Of a DNA stretch of 64,000 bases, positions 38,443 to 50,778 are shown in pieces (within the stretch, counting starts at the first letter, position 1; the number at the start of each line of letters is the position of its first letter). The translations under genes and the position numbers were made by a program. The DNA is taken from contig OZ296648.1 of assembly GCA_965655095.1 (NCBI GenBank), positions 129,394,001 through 129,458,000 of the forward strand, read 5' to 3'. Under the pieces are notes generated by a model that did not search any database, was not told the origin of the DNA, and saw only the letters and a program-made list of their open reading frames with translations. The DNA is from Haplodiscus bocki. Its lineage: Eukaryota.

Positions 38443-39054
38443 TTGCTGGAACACGACGAAATCGACGCGCTGCTCAACGGAATTGACTGGCACCAACCCT
38501 TATCTCCACTTGATTTAAATTTGCCAAAGGAAACAGATAATATTACCCTTCTTTCTTCTTCATCTCCTATCTCTCCAGTTGTTTTGCCGAATCAGCCACC
38601 AAACCCGTTAATCGACAAATTCTTCCAACCCTTAACAAATACCCCGATCCAATTTACAGATCACCCTGCGACCTCACGGCAAGTGTCACGAGTCAAAATG
38701 TTATTGCCTTCACTGCGTAGTTCCAAAGCTCATTCTAATAAAACCCAATCGGAGGAATCACAATCTAATCCTTCTTCGTCGAGACGACTCCGCTCTAATT
38801 CAAAAGCTCTGGGAACATCGACTCAAGACGCTCGAGCATCTCTTTCACGACCAAGTCGATTTCAGCGAAATCAGCAAATTTCCAGACAGAAGCTGAGAGA
38901 AAGTCGTTATCAGCGTTGCAAATCTGTTCGAAGGCCTCGATACAACACCTATTTACACTACCAGCTAACTAACGCATTTTCTTCTTGGGAAATCGTATTT
39001 TGGGATTATAAAAGACAGGAGTATACCATTCAGAACTCTGTTTTATCATCATAG
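38443..39054 (+). CDS. Accessory ORF D (203 aa), Pro/Ser-rich then Arg-rich, unknown function; C-terminus probably truncated
   Basis: Long open frame between env and the TRAF gene; non-ATG start. Confidence 0.5.
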   Translation: MLEHDEIDALLNGIDWHQPLSPLDLNLPKETDNITLLSSSSPISPVVLPNQPPNPLIDKFFQPLTNTPIQFTDHPATSRQVSRVKMLLPSLRSSKAHSNKTQSEESQSNPSSSRRLRSNSKALGTSTQDARASLSRPSRFQRNQQISRQKLRESRYQRCKSVRRPRYNTYLHYQLTNAFSSWEIVFWDYKRQEYTIQNSVLSS

Positions 39055-39173
39055 AGACTTGTGGTACCCCTGAGAGCTATCGAAGTACAGCTCGTCGATT
39101 GACACTGAGTCCACACGCACCCATATTCAAGCCGACAAACTGATCACGATTATTTACAATATATCGTTCTCAG

Positions 39174-40400
39174 TTGCTTACAGAAAAGGATGCATCTACT
39201 TCACAAGATAATATTGATCTTACTTTTACGACCAAATGTCCTAAAACTTCTCCGGATCTCAATAGCCCTACAGTATCACAGCAACTGCATCTATTAACCA
39301 CTCAAGTCAACCAACTTAGAATAAACTCTGAACAAGCACTGGAAAGAACAAAGCCCCTAATCCGAACCTTTCCGTTAGCTAATATCAAGCATTTCCAGTA
39401 TCTTCACGCAGTTCAACATCAAGTAGCTCAGTTCTTCGTAGATCTTAACACCGAGAAAAGCGAACGCCTTAAGCTACGCACAACTATTTGCCAACTTGAA
39501 GATGAGCTAACCCAATTGTGTCGACAAGTAAATGAACCATCATCTTCTTCACTTCCTGTTTCCTTTACAGTCAACCCACCGAGCTCTGCTGCTTTTCAAG
39601 ACTCTGGTGCCCTAGACAATATCCAAATATCGAGGCCTAGGGTCACAATTACTTCAAAAAGAACATCGAGCACTACGTCTCGATCTCGGCTAATTGAATC
39701 ACCATAAGCTCCCCCATCAACTCAAACAATATCTGGACCTTCTTTAGATCTAGAAACCCGAGTCCGACAATTGGAAGAAGAAATTACCAAGGCAAGGGAT
39801 GGTCGCGAAACGATTGCATCCATTTACCGACCTCAATTCGACTTTCTTGATGATAGAATTCGAGCCTTGGATTCTGGAGGCACAGACACTATCTTGTGTA
39901 AATTAACTTCATTGAAATTGGTCTTCGAAACCGCCAAATCTTCTGCTTGGCTGGACAATGCTGCCCAACACCCCAGTACTCATTATAAGAGCTCAGTGTA
40001 CCGCACACACCCTTACGGCTATAATTTCTTTGTTCAGTTCTTCCCATACGGTCTCGACTCTGCCGCTGGAAATCACGCTTCAATTATGTTCGTCTTAATT
40101 CCCGGCGATTACGATGGTTTACTAACGTGCCCGTTCCCCAAAACGATTCAACTCTCGGTCCGCGATCAACTCGACCCCCAAAATGCGTGGACTATTGCCT
40201 TCGCACCCTCCGAGAAGATATCCTTTCGAACGCCTACCAGAGAACCATTGCCTACCCTGATGAACTTCAACTTCTTCCCAAACAGCAAGATGTTCAGCAA
40301 AACTCAAAACTTGCTTTTAAAGGATGCATTTTATGTGGAGATAAAATTCACCGACCTACCCAGCCGTGAAGTCGCCACACCTTCCTCATTTAAACCATGA
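39174..40400 (+). pseudogene. Coiled-coil + TRAF-C (MATH) domain protein with no RING or zinc fingers; one internal stop
   Basis: ORFs 39174-39707 and 39771-40400 are in the same frame, split by one TAA. Heptads are visible (LRTTICQLEDELTQL, LETRVRQLEEEI). The MATH domain at 39885-40349 has YRTHPYGY, GNHASIMFVLIPGDYDGLLTCPF, LSVRDQ, SFRTP and DAFYVEI, matching TRAF motifs FYT..YGY, GTHLSLF.V...G..D.LL.WPF, L.L.DQ, SF.RP and D.IFI. Confidence 0.9.
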
Positions 40401-40453
40401 TGCTTTTTATAGAACCCCCCTTTCATTTTTCCATCCCTGTAACCCCGGTGAGT

Positions 40454-42972
40454 TGTCGCGTTATAGCTAACGCTTAAACAGATATATTATACTTCTTAAG
40501 AACGTGCAGTAAGCTATTAAACAGGAAATGACTAATGTTTAACAAGAGAACTGCAGACGGTATTGACTAACATGAGAGCTGCTGGAGGAATAAACTAACG
40601 CGCAGTGAAAAGAAAGCTGAAGAATTGGAATTGCACAAAGGGAAAGAAAAGGAAAAGTTCTAAAAGCGTTGGAATGTGGTTCAACACGATTGGCTTGTAC
40701 GGTCACGGTGACGTAGTATAGCCTCATTTTGGAGCTGGTACGGGAAAGCGGCTCGATCATTACTTACTTACTCGCTTACCGGACGGCGGCCATACTTGTT
40801 TCCTTTTATTTTACTCCCTTTACTTTTTACCTTGCTTTCTCTTCCTTCTTGCTTGGTTAAAATTAATCTGAATTCTCTTGCTTCTTTCCTCGGACGGAAA
40901 TATTCTAAGACAACTCCAAATTTGTCTTAGCCGCAAATTCTGCTTACAGAGCCAACCTACTCGCTCTCGAGTTCTCACCAAATGATCCTATTGGCTCTCG
41001 CCAAAACTGAAAGAATACGTGACCATTCGAGTATAAACACCCAGCGCACAACCATTATATTCATTCGCTTGCTACCAACAACTACTTACTTCATCGAGGC
41101 GAAACTCTCCTACCCACAGCCCTCACCTAAATATTCAGTAAATTCTTCACTTTTCTTCCACCAGCAAGGCCGCAAATCATCAGCACCCGAAAATATTTAA
41201 AAACTTTTTCGCCTGCAGAATTGTCTTCGCCGCAAATCACCAATATCCCGGAATTTTTCAAAGACTTTCCGAGCAACAGCAACGAGCAGCAGCAACCAAC
41301 AGCAGCAATCAGCAGCAGCGACCAGCAGCAGCAATTAGCAACAGCGACCAGCAACAGCAATCAGCAGCAGCGACCAGCAACAGCGATCAGCAGCAGCAAC
41401 CAGAATTCGTCCTACAAGCACCACCTATACGATCAACGCCGGCATCTGTTAGTTATCACTACGGTTCCTAGCCTAGCAGAGGATATCCCGCTAGCAGTTG
41501 ACCTAGGTTTAGCTGCCCGGTAGCGGAGTGTAATCACCGCACCGAGGCCCATTTTTGTTACTTTTCCCCTTTTCTAAAATCCCTTTTTGTGACTTTTTTC
41601 CCTTCTTGCTAAGACTTAGAACTGATTGGTAAAAATAAAACACATAATAATCACGACCAGTTGACAGTCCTTATAACTTATGTCCTGGTCGCAGAAAAAA
41701 GAGAATAAAATTTAATTGCTGGTGTCCCGTGGGTCCAGACTGTATCGGCAGGTGACTAAAAACCAGCTTGAAGATTACGACTGGACGAGTGGAACATCCA
41801 TACGGTGATCTTTTTTTATATTAAGGGTAGTGTAAAATGCATTCAAGGTAAAATCCATGTAATTTGATCTCCCTTTCTCTAAACACTGGCCTATCCAGCT
41901 TGAGAATAAAACACGGACTAGGACTTTTAACCCGTTAGCCTAGAAAACTAGAGAAAGACGTGGTTTAGCTAAATGTAAAACAAACCGTAAAATGACTGGC
42001 TAAAAAAGGCAACTAGACAAGACGGAAAATGTACATCACCCGCACTAGTCAAAAAGTAAAATGGTATATGTCTTTGCTCTATTCACAGACTTTCCAGGTT
42101 CAACAGCAGCTATTGTGGATAATGGTCGGCTTTAATTTTAATATTTTATAATTCTATAATTTATTGGAATTAAAATTTGAATAGTCCAAGATTCTAATTG
42201 TGATAATACAGTTTATAACTCAATTGGACTGAGTTGAACGAGTCCAATTTCTATCTATGATTTATAGTTTCTTAATTGATTTCAAATCAATTATTTCAAC
42301 TTTTATATTTGAATTTATAATTTTAATTCAGACTAAATTAAAGTAGTCTGAATTAGTTGATGTTTATTACATTTTCACTCCTAAAGTGGAATTAACTCAA
42401 CGTTAATTAATTTTCGTAACAGTTTGTGGCATCCCCTTTTCAACTCCTCGTTTAATCTTCTGACTTCTCGTTGAATAAAATTTGGTAACTTCACTAAAGT
42501 CACGGGTTAAATTTACCTAGAATTTGATAAGATTGAAATGTTGAAATTTTATATAAATTGCTATGCTAATGTTGATAGAAATTAAAAGAGAGAAAGTCAA
42601 AAAAATATACTGTAACTGTATTGCGTAAAATTTAAGACCTTGTGGCAATTTTCCGTGTGCTATCCCGCACTTACAGCCTCCGACAAACCTGAGTAATTTC
42701 CTTTTACGTACGTGCAGTCATATTTCCTTCAGCAATTCAACATACTGAAATACGTTCACTGATAATTTAACTTTCCTTTGTATTATTCTCCACTATTAGC
42801 TCACAAGTCCTTGCTTGAATACAGGCAATCCCTTTGTTCGCACGGTTCAGCAAGGCATACTATTTAGACTTATAAAGAATAACCGTCGCTACAACGCAGC
42901 AGTGCTGACTGAGTCAGCTGCCAGCACAACTAAGTAAATAATATATTTTCAATACCCCTACCACGTGCGACA
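40454..42972 (+). repeat. 3' LTR (2519 bp)
   Basis: Direct repeat of 22289-24858, followed by the GTGG TSD. Confidence 0.95.
41272..41402. repeat. Imperfect CAG/CAA microsatellite in the 3' LTR
   Basis: Homologous to 23090-23286 but shorter. Confidence 0.9.
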
Positions 42973-45844
42973 GTGGTCAAATTTCTGAAAAAATATATGG
43001 TTGGTGGCTGATTTTTTTGAAGAAAACTCTTTGATTTTAGCCATTGTTAAAAGTATGTATCAGGAAAAATTATATTTGGTTACTGTTATTTGGAATCTTT
43101 TCTGTTAACCGTATGGGACCTGTCGTAATGGTTTAGCTCACGCGCGAGTGAATTTTAGCCAATCAGAGACGAATCCACTTCTGCGTGGGAGGTGGGGTTC
43201 ATATTCTCGTTACTACTGGTAGAGGAGAGTTAACATAAAGATCCGTTGTATGTTATCTAGAAGCTTTTTTGGTAAGTTCTACAGCTCTAGGGGAAGGCAG
43301 CAGTCGAGCCGTAAAATTATGGTTAAAAGAAGAAATGTAGTAAGCAATGTGAGTTCATCCGTCAAAAAAATCAAGTAGAGTAATAATCGATATTTTAGGT
43401 AAATTACATAAAGGATGCGCTTACTGAAAACCTGTTGACTGTGTCAAAAATTTACAGCTAAATTTCCAGATGTTGGATGCCACTCAAACTCAAATGGCAT
43501 TTAGAAAATTCGAATGCAACTTGAACACCATTTTCACTTGTTGAAATGTTCTCTTGTTCACGGGTGTGTATTTTTTGTGCCTCAGTTAATGGTGAGTGAT
43601 TCTTTTTCGGCAGTGATGTATCACATCAGTCAATCAGTCAAGCAATAAATAGGGTGGCAATCAAACGAAAACAATTTTGTCGAGCAATTTATGGCATATC
43701 AACGTCATAGCGATTGTTTACGAGAAGTGAGCATAAAAAGAAAAAAAAGATTAAAAATTCAAGACACAGGATTTTAGCAAAAAGAAGAAAGAATACTCAC
43801 CAGGCGTAAATCACCACTGGATGTGCGCTCTGGATATTTTGTCCAAAAATCAAACGATAGAAATGGATGTACTCATTTTTGACACTCCTCTGGACCTGTT
43901 GTGTGCAGTCAACGTGTTTTGTCTGTTGAACTGAATTGTGCATGAGCATTCAAATTGGCTAGTTGAGCTGTCTAATTATATGAGAGAAAAAATTCATTTT
44001 CTGATTTGAAAAACTTGGCAAAACAAGATTCTGATTCAATGCTTGGTTGGTTAACATGTGATGACAAAGGTACATATGTACGATTTAGCAAGTAAATGAC
44101 CAAATTTCTACCCCGATTTTTCTTAATACCATCCATGAAGCGGCTATTATTCGAAAGTTTTCGAATTTGCTTAGATCAAAAAAATAATCACACAATGTCC
44201 CTAATTGCAATGTGTTTTTTGGAAAATTGCCGGCTCGTATAATTTCAATGTTTAAAAAACAAACTATGCAAAAGGGCGTACTAGAAAAATTTCCCTTTGT
44301 CCTGATATTCAAAGATATTGATTGACTGCTAAAAGTCTGCAACTTAGTTTGAGAAAAAAAATTGTGTGACAAATTTTGGAAAACCCTGCAAATGTCTTTT
44401 GACTATCGTTTTTGAAAGCAGAACACGATAAGGAGGTTGCAAGTTTTTGCTTTTTTTCCGAGTGGCTTGAAATGGAATTTCGTCAGCAATTGAATCTTAC
44501 GATCTCTGGGTGAAACTTGCATAAAATACATTTCGTTCTCAAAAACTTGCTTCTTTCTCTTTACACGCTTTCGGAGAACCATATTTCCAGTAGTCTATAT
44601 ATAGTTCACTGAGAAATCATATTGGATCGTATATCTAGATTTTAGCTCCATAAAATGAAGTTAATACCCAAGATATTTCAAAGATTTCCTACACAACTCT
44701 TGTTTGAATGGAATAATCTTGCGTGTATAGAAAAATCTTTCAAGTTCCTTGAAAGAATCTTGCCAGGACATTTAAGAATCTTCCAAGGAGCTTGCAAGAT
44801 GTCTGATCAACTTACCAGAAGTTATTCGCAAGGAAGTTGAACAAATCAGAAGTCTCGTGCTAAAATCTTCCAAAACATGGCATTTCTTGAAAAGTTCTTT
44901 TAATTTTACAGCAAAGCTAACTCCAATTTTGCAAAAATTTTGCAAAAACTTGAGAAAAGAAATTTCTCAAGGATCATATATGTTCTGTCTGACAGATTAA
45001 CCAGGGTGTGTAACTTTTCACAAGTTTGGGGCTCGGGTTGCATGGGATAATGGTCTGGTTGCTAAAAAGAATAATTCGTGTTATTAGCTGATGTTCAGCT
45101 GTTATGAGTTACATTTTCAACGTTTTTCATCTTCGCAATTCAATCTATCTTCCATAATCGTGCACCAACTTATCATATTTTTAAAAGACTGAACTTTCAC
45201 CATGTTATTGTCTCATCATTTGCAAAAATGAACGTAAAATTCACCACCAAGATTAACTGAAGTTTTCCAATGCACTTGCATAACCTATTTAATCAGTAAT
45301 GCATATCATCGATTTTTCAAATTCTCTCGCATTAAACTCTTTTCTTTGACTTAACTCCGACTTTGCTCCGGTTTTTGGTCCCGGTTTAACGCTTTTCACG
45401 ATGGAAACCAGAGTGTTACGATACTTGCATTACTAACTAAGTCAAACTCCATTGGAGGTAACCGTTTTTTCTGAGCATCGGTGACGGCTGGAATCAAATG
45501 CTTCCAGCTTTGCAGCATACTTGACAATACATGTTTTGTCAATACGGATGAGAGTTAAGACAAGTTTTGCCATCAGTTTTAGGAGACAGTTGCTTTCTCT
45601 ATCGTGTATCTTGAAAATCATGACCCCTTATAATGTCGTGAAAACTGATATAACCTGAACGCATACCTTTATAAAAACGGAAAGAATCTTTAATAAAAAA
45701 ATAAAAGCCTCAACGAACCTCCCCAAGAAAAAAAAATTGATTGCAACTTTTGAACGCTTCTGTACCAATCAAAATATGTTTTTCTCAAAGTTTTATGGAA
45801 ACTGACCTTTGAAACGAACCTCGTTTTGATATTTCACTTCATAT

Positions 45845-46076
45845 TGTCATACAGTGAACTCCGTTAATACGGTCATGCAACCGTACTGAATTAGAAGAGA
45901 CAGAAACTAAACTTGGAAACTTGTTTATGTACAAAGTTGTAAGCAACATATTGCGCTTTATTCGGAATACCGTAAACTGATATATCATCATCACCGATTA
46001 CCGAAGAAATCTTATATGTTACAATTAGAAATTAGAAACACAATTGCTTTTTTATTTACTTAGCCAGAATAGAACA
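45845..46076 (+). repeat. 5' LTR of second element
   Basis: Diverged direct repeat of 50561-50778. Confidence 0.9.
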
Positions 46077-46094
46077 TGACGCAGTAAGCAAGAA
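46077..46094 (+). promoter_or_regulatory. Decayed PBS, tRNA-Ser-like
   Basis: TGACGCAGTAAGCAAGAA lies directly after the LTR and resembles TGGCGCAGTGAGCAGGAT, mostly through G>A changes. Confidence 0.55.
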
Positions 46095-46219
46095 TTTTTA
46101 TTGTCAATTAACCGAAACTTACCGTACACTTCGAACCAATTATCAGACCGAAAGAAAATGACCGAAGGCAGAATACGAATACCATGCCTGGACAAGAGAA
46201 GAATAGATTTTCACTCTAT

Positions 46220-49200
46220 CACCAAGACAGCGAAAATTGATGGAACGGACAAAGAGTTTATTGTGGATACCAGATCACCAGTTACAGTGATGCCAGCATG
46301 TATAGAAATGATAAAGAACAAGAAAATTTCATCGATAACAAAGAAGAACAAGACGTTATAAAAAACGCAGTGAAACTTGCCGTAAAGATTACAGTAGAAG
46401 CCGAGAGTAGGGGACTTGGAAAGAACTTGAGCATGCTTCCTACTAAACAAGAAGACAAAATGCCACTACTCGGTATGGATTGGTTACGAGAATTCATTGT
46501 ACGATACGAAATATTGAAAGTACGACGACAACAACCGACCAATCAGAAAAGGCAAAATATTCGTAAAATTTGAAAAACTAATCAAAACGAACCGAACAAT
46601 AAAAGATATCGGGAATAAAAAACAACTGAAGCCAGGACACCCGCCGGTGAAACAGAAAGCCAAAATCAAACAATATCATTTACCAAGTTATGAAGAAAAA
46701 CAAAGTAACAAAATAATTAAACCGGACACATAGAAAAAAAAATAAAATTTAGAAGAGGACTGTTTCGTATCTCCGGTAGTAATAACTGTGAAGAAAGACA
46801 AATCACTAAAAATTGCAATGAGTTCAAGCAAACCAAACGACAGTTGTAACAAAAAGAGACCACACATGCTAAACATAGAAAAATTAATAAAGCAAATATC
46901 GACCGAAACAACAAAAGTACAAAACAAACCTTTACGGATATCGAAGATTGATCTAGAGTACGCATAAGAGGCAACTAAATTCATGCGAAGCAATAAATAG
47001 ACAATGCAATTTTGCAATACTGGGACGAAGTATAAACGGATAGCAAAGATATAAAAAAACGATTCTACAATCTATCTGCATACGGACATTTTTCCAAAAG
47101 AAAATAGACCAAAACTTCCCTTACCAGACACCCGTGTGACTAGACGATATAACATTTGTGACAAAGGGGACAAAAAACACCGGAAAAAACTATTTCCGGT
47201 ACTAGAGGAACTTCAAGATGCTGGATACCGAGCGAGCGAGCGAAAACCCGAATTGTTTCCAAAAGAAACAACTTGGCTGGGACACAGGATCAACGAACGC
47301 GGAATAAAACCGAATAGCGAAAAAATTAAAGCCATCTTACATTAAAAACCACCGACATCAAGTACAGAAATAAAATCACTCTTGGCAGCAATACAAAAAA
47401 TTGCAAAAATTCATACCCAAACTTTCGGAAAGATCTGACCGAATGAAACTGCTGTTAAGAAAGAAAACGGAATGGCAATAAGCCTAAAGAAAGGAAAAAT
47501 ACTTCAATTAAATAAAAAAAAGAAAATTAGAAACGCCATGCTTAGCACATTTTGCAAGAGACCGAGATAATATAGCAACAACCAATGCGAATAGAGCGGG
47601 ACTCGGATCTATGACAAAAACAATCGGACAACAAAATCCGGCTAATAACATTCGGCAAGAGATTTTTGAACGACGCTGAAAAAAAGCATCCAATTGAAGA
47701 GTTAGAAATTTTAGCAGTGGTATGGGAATTAGAAGAATTTTTTCTCCACTTATACGGTAAAGTAGTATATCTTTAGACAGACCATCAAGCTTTAGAACCT
47801 AAAATCAAACGTAAACGAACCTACCGACATAACAGAGTACGACTAATAAGATGTCTAGAAAGACCACCACACTTCGATTTTTCAATAAAATACACGGCCG
47901 GAGAAAATATAAAACTTAGGGACTTTTTGATCAGAAACTCAATAGAAGAACCTTCAACCGGAGAAAACTACGAAGAAGAATATGTTATCAATAACCTCTC
48001 AAAAGTTTTCAAACTAAATCACAAAGACGGTCAACTATTTAACACGGACCAGAAAATTCTAACGACCAACCAATCACCGAGCATGGCTTTAACGACGAAC
48101 GGAGAGTCGACCAGTGAGATTGCCTCACCGAAGAAATTCATTCGAGACATCAAATCACAAAATTTCACGCGCGAACTAGCACAAACAATTAGATCAAGTA
48201 AAAGAACCATAAACCTATTGACAAAAAAACAAGCTTGCATTTACCGATTCGAATCTGGAAAAGAAATTTGCTTATGAATACCACCACTGGGGAGCCAACA
48301 AGAAGATAGTGGACATCATTAATAAACAAGACAAAAGCCCCGAAATTCTTCGGTTGATAGAAAAACGACAATAACTAAAGAAACCCGACAAGTTTCGGTT
48401 TCAATTTGACAGCAACTTTAACCGAAAGGCGTGGGTACCCAGTTTACCGGACAAAAGAAGAAAGAAATGAAGTGGTGGAAATCGATTTGGAATTACTGTT
48501 TAGGAACAACGAAAGGAGCAGATGATGCAGTGGATATTTCGAGTTCAACGAGCCGAGGGCCAGCACGAGTACTGAGAAGAACCAAAAAAAAACCCACCGA
48601 AAAAAAGGTCAAGCACAGTGGGAAGTGAAGTAGCTCGCCCGCCAGCCAGTTTCCCTATCGTAGATCTGAAAGATTACAACATCGTTAAAAAAACAATTTA
48701 TTATGTCCAGTTGAACCATATGATCGAAAAGCGAAAAATTGTCAGCACCGAATCAGAAAAGATTTTAAAGAAAATTGAGTTCCATTTCATGATGCATTCA
48801 AAAACCTTAATCCACAAAACTTCGGTTTATCCCAAATTGCTACAGCTGAAAATATGCTCACGAAAAAATAAAAAGAAACGAGCCCCCGAAAAATTTTCTC
48901 CGATTTTCACCAAACTCACCGAAAGATTCGTTCTACTAATTGCCGTTGACAAAATTGTACTACCGGAGGAGTTAAAGAAACAAGTGGTAGACGCCACCTA
49001 TTTCGGACACCCCGGGTCGACAAAAATGCTAGCCGAGGCTAACATATTCTGGTGGGCCGGGATGCGAAACGATAGGGAAGAAAAATGCAGCACATGAACA
49101 GTTAGCGTGAGCCCCGGTAGGATTTCAAAATACCAATCACCGATGACCGAAAAGTCTACCGGTATTGACAGAACCGGGACTTGAAATACAACTCGGTTTT

Positions 49201-50323
49201 CTTGACAAATTACATAACAAACATGTAACCGGCGAACTGTATATTCTTATCGAAACTGATCGATGTAGTAAATGATCCGTAGTTTGGATATGCAAATCAA
49301 CCGAGGCGGTAGAAATCATCAAATTTCTAGAAAGTTTCATCAACCTGTACCGACTCCTGGAGAAAAAAAAATCGGATAGAGGGAGCGCATTCATGTCCAA
49401 AGTTTATCAGGAATTTTCCAAAAATGGGAATATTGAAATAGAACATAGTCAACCGAGGCTACACATTGAAACGGGGGCAGTCGAAGGTGCAATACAAACG
49501 CTAGAGACTTTGATCATTGCCAACTTAGAAGATAAGATCGGCTTTACAGAGAGCGAAAACCTGGCTCTGCGAGTAATGCAATTTACTATACATACCGGAC
49601 TCGAAGTGAGCTCATTTGAACTGCATCATGGCAAAAAACCGAGAACCGAATTAACTAACATATTAAAAAGTAATAGGAGCTACCTGTCCGACTGGAAAAC
49701 GATGAACGTTTCAGTACCACCGAATCAGAACCCAATTTACGTAGCGCCAACTGAGAAAGGAGAATTAACGGACCAGATCATAATGGCTAGGAAAAGAAAG
49801 ATTCCCTGCTGTCCATCCCACACATCGCCGAACAGAAAGCCAGTGAAGAACGGTTAGTGGAAATTTCTAACACCCGTATACATTTTTAGAGAAGAGAAAT
49901 CAGAAAAAATCATTGGGAGAGAAGTATGAGGAACAACAGAAAATTGCCATCGATGGCACTGAACACACGGCCCTTACAGCAGACAATAAAGTTTTACACC
50001 GGAAATTAATATCAACGCCGCCTAATTTTCAGAAATCACCGAAAAAAGACGTGTCACCGAAAAAAGACACACTGAGAGGACACAACGGAAAAAACATGAG
50101 TGCTTCGGAAAAACCAAGGAAGGCGGAAGAAGAAGGAACAATCTCCACGTCCAAACCAAAGGTCCGGAAGGTAGAATCCGACGAATATGACAGCTATTTT
50201 GAAAGCTACATTAAATCCGATGATAAACCGGTACACGTCGACATCGACAAAGAGGTCACCGAAGTAGGGCCGGCACTGGCATTACTACCAAACAAATCGG
50301 AAAAAAGAGGAAATAAATATTAA
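46220..50323 (+). pseudogene. pol: pol remnant of second element (PR-RT-RH-IN)
   Basis: FIVDTRSPVT, LLGMDWL, FVSPVVITVKKDKS, SKIDLEYA, LDDI, TWLGHRINERGIKP, ELEILAVVW, YTDHQAL, FGHPGSTKM...FWWAGMR, SDRGSAF and GAVEGAIQTL; many stops and frameshifts. Confidence 0.9.
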
Positions 50324-50560
50324 CGGCGAGGCAATGGGTAGGGACGGTAATGTTAGTGAACGCAGGTCTAACCGAATATTTAAACCACTGGACCGATTGG
50401 GCAGCGTACCATATTTTTGAAAGTAATATTTAATATTTGATATTAACCGGACCAACCCGAAAAGAACCACCAAAGCCCAGATTGATAACTAAGGAGGAGA
50501 TAAACACGAATGAAGACTGCGCTCCGAATAACGACAAGTGAATAGATGGAAGGAGGAGAA

Positions 50561-50778
50561 TGTCATACGGTGAACTCCCTTAGTCCGGTCATGCAACCAA
50601 ACTGAATTAGAAGAGACAGAAACTAAACTTAGAAACTTGTTTATGTACATATTTGTAAACAACAGACTGTGCTATATTCGAAATACCATAATTTGATATA
50701 TCATTATTACCGAAGAAATCTTAGACGTTATAATTACAAAAACAATTGCTTTTTTAGTTACTGAGCCAGAGTAGAACA
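50561..50778 (+). repeat. 3' LTR of second element
   Basis: Preceded by the purine tract GAATAGATGGAAGGAGGAGAA (50540-50560) and followed by the TSD. Confidence 0.9.

Larger units (their letters stand above)
22289..42972 (+). mobile_element. Full-length, decayed Ty3/Gypsy-type LTR retroelement (endogenous retrovirus-like) with env and many accessory ORFs, 20.7 kb
   Basis: Two ~2.5-kb direct repeats start TGTCGCG and end GTGCGACA. Identical 4-bp flanks GTGG lie at 22285-22288 and 42973-42976. A PBS follows the 5' LTR. Gag (CCHC) is followed by pol in PR-RT-RH-IN order, which is the Gypsy order. Confidence 0.96.
45845..50778 (+). mobile_element. Second, older Ty3/Gypsy LTR retrotransposon, internally deleted (gag nearly absent)
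   Basis: LTRs at 45845-46076 and 50561-50778 (TGTCATAC...AGAACA), 5-bp TSD CATAT (45840-45844 and 50779-50783), PBS, PPT and pol motifs. Confidence 0.92.
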
